A stretch of DNA of 11,435 bases, from contig JAYUVP010000112.1 in NCBI GenBank assembly GCA_043753995.1, forward strand, positions 1 through 11,435. Direction: 5' to 3'. The position numbers and the translations under genes were made by a program. The stretch comes from Fibrobacterota bacterium. GTDB lineage: Bacteria > Fibrobacterota > Fibrobacteria > UBA11236. The notes beneath the pieces are model-generated. The model had not been told where the DNA came from. It saw nothing but the letters and a program-made list of their open reading frames with translations, and did no database searches. Of the stretch, positions 6,989 to 11,435 are shown piece by piece; the stretch's first letter is position 1; each line of letters begins with the position of its first letter.

Positions 6989-8416
6989 TCATGCCGTCTG
7001 TACGGACAGGGTGGTTGCGCTGCCTCGTTGCAGTCGCTGATAAAAGGCCCAGAATTCCTGAGCCGAATTTTCATAGGTGAATTGCTTGGCGCGCGTGCGC
7101 GCTGCAATCCGTAATTCCTCGCGGCTATGCTTATCGCCTATGGCGATGGCGAGAGTGCGGGCGAAGGAGTTTTTGTCTTCGGTCGCGAAGACATAGCCGC
7201 ATTGGCCGTCGCGCACGATTTCGCAAGGACCACCCTGATCGGATACCAAGCAAGGCAAGCCCGAAGCGAGAGCCTCGACCACGGAATTGCCGAAGGTATC
7301 GGTTAAGCTGGGGAAAACAAAAAGATCCCCTGCCGCATAGATGTCATAGAGATCTTCGCCGCTCAGCACACCCGTGAAGCTGGCAATGCCCTGCGGGCGA
7401 AGTCGGGCTTCCATTTCCTCGCGATAGGGGCCGTCGCCTACCACGGCCAAATGCAAATCCGAACGCGGCCCGAGAGCCAGCAGGGCTTCGACCAGGGCTT
7501 CCAAATGCTTTTCCTTGGAGACGCGGCCGACATAAAGCAAACGACAAGGCACCTCAGGTAATCCACGTGCCTTCCAGGCATCGCGGCTTCGCCTGTCAGG
7601 ATTAAATGAAGCCAGGTCCACCCCGCGAGCGAGTCGCGTGATGCGCTCCGGGGCTATGCCCATGGCCGCGACCTTGTCGCGATAGGCCAACGAAGGCACC
7701 ACTACTGGGCCCGCCAGGCGTGTCAGCCAGCGCGTCCAGGTTTGTATGCACCAAACCCCAACGCGATTGTCCACCAGCAAGGAGGCATAGGTCAGGATGT
7801 CCGTGCGATAGTGACTGCAAGTCTTCACACCGAGAATGCGACAGGCCCAAAGACAAAGCCCTTCCACCGGGCCAGGGGTTTCGAATTCGACCACGTCGAT
7901 TTGATGTTCGAGGATAAAGGCGCAAAAATGCCGTAAGTCGACGATAGCCAATTCACTGCTGGCATAGCCCGCTTGGTCTACGGAGTAGGGACCCGGCGCC
8001 ATGATGACGGCGCCTTGCGGATCTTCGACGCGTGGCGCTTTATTATGAAAGGCCACCCCATACATCCAAATCGCCTTGCCTTCCCGGCGCATCACGCGCA
8101 AAAGCTTGCGTGAAGACAGGGCGATACCATTCACTTCGTCGAGATTGCTGCCCACCCAAGCCACGCGCAAATCGCCCGGGGCTTTGCCTTGGCGAGCCAG
8201 ACGGTAACGTCCGCGTGTCCTCACCAGGGTGGGTAGTGAAATCAGAATTTCGCGGATAAAAAAAAGAATCAAACCGCTACCCCCCAGAAAGCCCATTTTC
8301 CTGTGGGGACGCAGAGGGAGACCGTCGGTTTCGGCCTCAATGGCCTTAATCGCCTTATCGGCCCCATTAGCTCTAGTAGCGGCCGGTTTTTCGGCCTGTG
8401 AATCCGGTTGATCCAT
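6989..8416 (-). CDS. Glycosyltransferase family 4 protein with N-terminal hydrophobic extension
   Basis: LRVAWVGSNLDEVNGIA; ETPGP; HYRTD; RGVD...F.P; LLYVGRVSKEK; VVGDGPYR; DLFVFPSLTDTFGNSVVEALASGLPC. Start set at ATG 8416 (alternative 8296) because 8683 overlaps the divergent GT. Confidence 0.88.
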   Translation of the reverse strand: MDQPDSQAEKPAATRANGADKAIKAIEAETDGLPLRPHRKMGFLGGSGLILFFIREILISLPTLVRTRGRYRLARQGKAPGDLRVAWVGSNLDEVNGIALSSRKLLRVMRREGKAIWMYGVAFHNKAPRVEDPQGAVIMAPGPYSVDQAGYASSELAIVDLRHFCAFILEHQIDVVEFETPGPVEGLCLWACRILGVKTCSHYRTDILTYASLLVDNRVGVWCIQTWTRWLTRLAGPVVVPSLAYRDKVAAMGIAPERITRLARGVDLASFNPDRRSRDAWKARGLPEVPCRLLYVGRVSKEKHLEALVEALLALGPRSDLHLAVVGDGPYREEMEARLRPQGIASFTGVLSGEDLYDIYAAGDLFVFPSLTDTFGNSVVEALASGLPCLVSDQGGPCEIVRDGQCGYVFATEDKNSFARTLAIAIGDKHSREELRIAARTRAKQFTYENSAQEFWAFYQRLQRGSATTLSVQTA

Positions 8417-8476
8417 GGAGAAAACGGCAACATAGCTAGAATTCCTAAGAAGTCCCTTTGTCCGGAATGGCGGCGT
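8417..8476. promoter_or_regulatory. 60-bp divergent intergenic region between the two GT4 genes
   Basis: Head-to-head starts at 8416(-) and 8477(+). TATGTT on the minus strand lies 12 nt before ATG 8416. Promoter function is inferred. Confidence 0.45.
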
Positions 8477-9646
8477 GTGAAATTCCTCGATATCAACACC
8501 TTTTATGGCCCCAAAGCGGGAGGCATACGCACCTACCATCAGGCCAAAATCGAATGGTTTTCCCGACATCCTGAGCACGATTATACCCTCGCCTTTCCCG
8601 GGCCCAAGGCTGAGGTGACGGCCCTGCATGCCAATGTGCGCTTGGTGCAATGGCCCGGTCCCGCCGTCACTGCCGATCCGCAAGGCTACCGCTTATTGCT
8701 CAATCCCCGGCCCTTGTGGCAATGGATACGCGACGAGGCACCCGATGTGATTGAAAGCGGCGATCCCTGGCTCAGCGGACCGATGACCCTGGCCCTTTAC
8801 CGCCTTCGTTTTTTCAAAGGTTTGCTCAGCACTTTTTATCACAGCGATCCCATTCCCAGTTATGCCTGGCCCTGGGCTCTTCGAGGTCGTTTTCAGGCAG
8901 CCAAAGCATGGGCTGTGACCTTGGCCGGCCTGGCCTTTTATCAGCTTCAAGCCGCTTATCCGCGCACCGTGGTCAGTTCGCATGCCATGCTACAGGCCTT
9001 GCAAAACCAGCATATCGGGGGAGTGGAGTGGAAACCTTTTGGCGTCGACCCCGCTTATTTCGCAGCGGCTGAAAAGAAAAAAAACAGCCTCAAAAAAAAC
9101 TCCGATCCCGTTTTAAAGCTGCTCTATGCGGGCCGGCTGGACGCCGAAAAAGGGTGGGACATTTTGTGGCCTCTGCTCGATCGAATTTTGCAGGACGGAC
9201 GTTTTTCCCTTACCATTGCGGGTCGCGGCCGCTATAGCGAAAAGTTGGCGGCTAAGCAACATGCGCGTTACCGCTTCGTGGGCTTTGTCGCGGGCCACTC
9301 TGCCATGGCCGACCTCTATGCAGAACATGATGTTTTGCTGGCACCAGGACCTTATGAAACCTTCGGCCTGGGCGTACTTGAGGCCATGGCCAGCGGCCTT
9401 CCCGTGATTGGACCCGATCGTGGCGGAGCCGGCGAGCTATTAAGTGAGGCCCAGTCCCCCTTCATTTTCCGTGCTGGCGAGGTGGACGATTTTTGGGCAC
9501 GCCTGAATGACTTGCGGTCTGATGCCCTGCCCGCCATCTCGGCTTCGCAAGCCCAATTGGCGCAAAGGTATGGCACTTGGGAACAAGCCATAGGACGCCT
9601 CGTCTCCTATTATGCCGAATCTGTGCGCGCGGGAGTCTTGCGATGA
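8477..9646 (+). CDS. Glycosyltransferase family 4 protein
   Basis: GTG start gives MKFLDINTFYGPKAGGIRTY, a typical GT4 N-terminus. Also PDVIESGDPW, FYHSD, PFGVD, LLYAGRLDAEKG and PYETFGLGVLEAMASGLPVIG. Confidence 0.9.
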   Translation: MKFLDINTFYGPKAGGIRTYHQAKIEWFSRHPEHDYTLAFPGPKAEVTALHANVRLVQWPGPAVTADPQGYRLLLNPRPLWQWIRDEAPDVIESGDPWLSGPMTLALYRLRFFKGLLSTFYHSDPIPSYAWPWALRGRFQAAKAWAVTLAGLAFYQLQAAYPRTVVSSHAMLQALQNQHIGGVEWKPFGVDPAYFAAAEKKKNSLKKNSDPVLKLLYAGRLDAEKGWDILWPLLDRILQDGRFSLTIAGRGRYSEKLAAKQHARYRFVGFVAGHSAMADLYAEHDVLLAPGPYETFGLGVLEAMASGLPVIGPDRGGAGELLSEAQSPFIFRAGEVDDFWARLNDLRSDALPAISASQAQLAQRYGTWEQAIGRLVSYYAESVRAGVLR

Positions 9647-10458
9647 AGCCTCAAGTCCTGATTTCCCTGCATGATGTGACGCCCTATCATTTGCAACGTA
9701 TTCGCAATGCGGAAGCCTTGTTTGAGCGATTCCAGGTGAGCCAGGTGGCCTATTTGCTGGTGCCGCAATTCCATGGCGCGCATACGGCGCATCGCCATGC
9801 CGATTTCGTGAGCTTTTGCCGGCAGCCACGACCCTTCGCCGTCGATTGGCTTTTGCACGGCTATTATCATCTGGAGCGTCAAGGTGCGGCCGATTTGTCT
9901 TTGGAATCGCCCTTGGCAGAGTCACTGGAAGGTGACGGTCACGCGCCCGTGACTCCGGTCGGCGCGGAGTCCAAATCCGCATGGTCAGAATCCTTTCAGC
10001 GGCGCTTTATGACCGGAGGCGAAGGCGAATTCCTGGCCCTAGAACAAGCCGAAGCCAGGCGACGCATTGAGGCGGGGAAGGCCATATTCCAACAATGTCT
10101 GGGTTTTGCTCCTGAAGGCTTTATCGCTCCTGCCTGGTTGCATGCTCCCGGGCTTTTCGGATGGCTGCGCGATTGGGGTTTCGATTATACCGAAGATCAT
10201 GCCGCCATCCATTTATTGAACAAGCAAAATCGTTTGCCCAGCCCTGTGGTTACTTGGACGACGCGTACCTGGTTAAGGCGTAAAGGTTCTTTATGGGTTT
10301 GCCCTGCTTTGGAGGTGAAGGCGCGAAAGGCACCCCTCCTGCGCTTGGCCTTGCATCCGCATGATTTTGACTTTCCCGAGACGGTGGCCAGTATTTCGGC
10401 GGTTTTAGCTCGGGTTTTGGACCGCCGCGAGGCAATAGGGTGGAAACAAGCGGGTTAG
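9643..10458 (+). CDS. DUF2334-like / carbohydrate esterase 4 superfamily putative deacetylase
   Basis: ATGA overlap with the GT4 stop and GGGAG RBS at 9631-9635. Motifs ISLHDVTP, LHGYYH, GEGEF, GFIAPAW and LRLALHPHD. Confidence 0.85.
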   Translation: MKPQVLISLHDVTPYHLQRIRNAEALFERFQVSQVAYLLVPQFHGAHTAHRHADFVSFCRQPRPFAVDWLLHGYYHLERQGAADLSLESPLAESLEGDGHAPVTPVGAESKSAWSESFQRRFMTGGEGEFLALEQAEARRRIEAGKAIFQQCLGFAPEGFIAPAWLHAPGLFGWLRDWGFDYTEDHAAIHLLNKQNRLPSPVVTWTTRTWLRRKGSLWVCPALEVKARKAPLLRLALHPHDFDFPETVASISAVLARVLDRREAIGWKQAG

Positions 10459-10499
10459 TGTCCATCGTCTCGGGCCGGTTGAATTGCTAAATCGTTTCT

Positions 10500-11435
10500 A
10501 TGCTGAAACCCCTGCTTTTCGCCGTCCTACTCGCCCTCGGTCTGAGCTTCAATGCTTGCAATTTGCCCGAGGTTTTCACCACGACTTCGCGCGATTCCAC
10601 CATGATATTACAGGACCGCGTGGTCCTCGGATTGAAACAAGCCCTGAAAGTGGGCATCGATTCCAGCTCGGCCTCGGCATCCAAGCTCAATGGCTATCTC
10701 GCTCACAAGGTGATACAAATCGTCCTGCCCGATGATGCCAAGCAGGCCTTGGAAGCGGTCAAGATCCTCAGCGGCTATGTCAAACCCTTCGCCTCGAATT
10801 TGAAAAACATGGAAGCCGTGGTGTCATTCACTGCTGGCGTGGACAAGAGCGGATTTTCCAGTAATCTCTTGCGGGCCAATAGCCTTGTAACCGATTTCGG
10901 ATTACTCGAATCGGTAGGGGATTCGGTGATCAAATACATGAACCGTGCAGCCGAATATGCCGCTCCGCGATCGGTGCCGATTTTCAAAGGGGCCATCACC
11001 GGAATGACCTTGACGGACGGCCTTTCGATTCTGAATGGTTCGGACAGCACGGCGGCGACGCAATATTTGAATGGCAAAACCTTTAACCCTCTTGTCACCT
11101 CGTATACGCCCATTGTCGATTCGACTCTCGCCTTAGTCCCCTTGACGGAGTATTGGGGAGACTTTCGTAGCCTGTACAATACGGCTCTCACGCGTTACCA
11201 GGAAATGCTCGCCTTTCAATCCTCCTGGAATAACAATTCCGTGGTCAAGGCCTTGCCGACATTACAAGTGACGGCCTTGAAGCCGGCCGCCTATGAGCCC
11301 ATAGAAACCGAAAGCTTGGGCGCCTGGACTACGAACAAGGCTTTGACCGGGCTCTTTTACCTCGTAGGTGAGGAAGAAAAGGAAATTCGCCGCGATCCGC
11401 TCAGCTATGTGGCCGGCTTGGTCGATAGTGTTGCC
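10500..11435 (+). CDS. DUF4197 family lipoprotein; 3' end lies beyond the window
   Basis: Manual translation from ATG 10500 is open for 312 codons. Signal peptide MLKPLLFAVLLALGLSFNA-C20 ends in a lipobox. Motifs GLKQALKVG, IQIVLP, MNRAAEYA, PIFKGAITGMT, ILNG.D.TAATQYL and KALTGLFYLVGEEEKEIRRDP. Absent from the ORF track. Confidence 0.88.
   Translation, partial: MLKPLLFAVLLALGLSFNACNLPEVFTTTSRDSTMILQDRVVLGLKQALKVGIDSSSASASKLNGYLAHKVIQIVLPDDAKQALEAVKILSGYVKPFASNLKNMEAVVSFTAGVDKSGFSSNLLRANSLVTDFGLLESVGDSVIKYMNRAAEYAAPRSVPIFKGAITGMTLTDGLSILNGSDSTAATQYLNGKTFNPLVTSYTPIVDSTLALVPLTEYWGDFRSLYNTALTRYQEMLAFQSSWNNNSVVKALPTLQVTALKPAAYEPIETESLGAWTTNKALTGLFYLVGEEEKEIRRDPLSYVAGLVDSVA

Noticed and set aside
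7270..7305. D-x7-E instead of E-x7-E in the minus-strand GT4 (TDTFGNSVVE)
   Set aside because: DTFG is a common variant in this GT4 subgroup and is not evidence of inactivation.
8408..8683. Apparent ~275-bp head-to-head overlap of the two GT4 ORFs
   Set aside because: Artefact of longest-ORF calling. Family-like N-termini place the starts at 8416(-) and 8477(+), with no overlap.
9440..9982. 180-aa minus-strand Arg/Pro/Ala-rich ORF, and the other short alternate-frame ORFs in the track
   Set aside because: Composition is typical of off-frame GC-rich sequence, and they overlap well-supported genes.
10484..11191. Short ORFs 10484-10735(+), 10487-10690(-) and 10775-11191(-)
   Set aside because: All are shadows of the DUF4197 frame starting at 10500.
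1..11435. CRISPR arrays, IS elements, prophage genes, tRNA/rRNA, or a cobalamin riboswitch near the CobS-like gene
   Set aside because: All intergenic gaps are 61 bp or shorter, and I saw no repeat arrays, transposase or integrase motifs, or RNA-gene signatures.

Overview
Gene-dense bacterial chromosomal segment with no mobile element, RNA gene or CRISPR array that I can see. Left to right: (1) a GlgM/'GlgA'-type GT4 glucosyltransferase on the minus strand, running off the left edge and missed by the ORF track; (2) a divergent GAF-like/PAS/HisKA-like/HATPase/REC hybrid sensor whose phospho-accepting His is absent; (3) a 115-aa four-Cys protein, RNase R and a CobS-like membrane protein, packed 6 bp and 2 bp apart; (4) a convergent Dabb-family gene downstream of a GT4 glycosyltransferase; (5) a divergent second GT4 coupled to a DUF2334/CE4-type deacetylase; (6) a DUF4197 lipoprotein running off the right edge, also missed by the ORF track. 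The most notable pattern is that three same-strand neighbours are altered but not broken: a His-less pseudokinase, an RNase R whose first cold-shock domain appears replaced by an acidic linker, and a CobS homolog missing its conserved aspartates. They flank an unknown Cys4 protein. All family calls come from motifs recognised by eye, with no database searches. The taxon cannot be fixed from this window.
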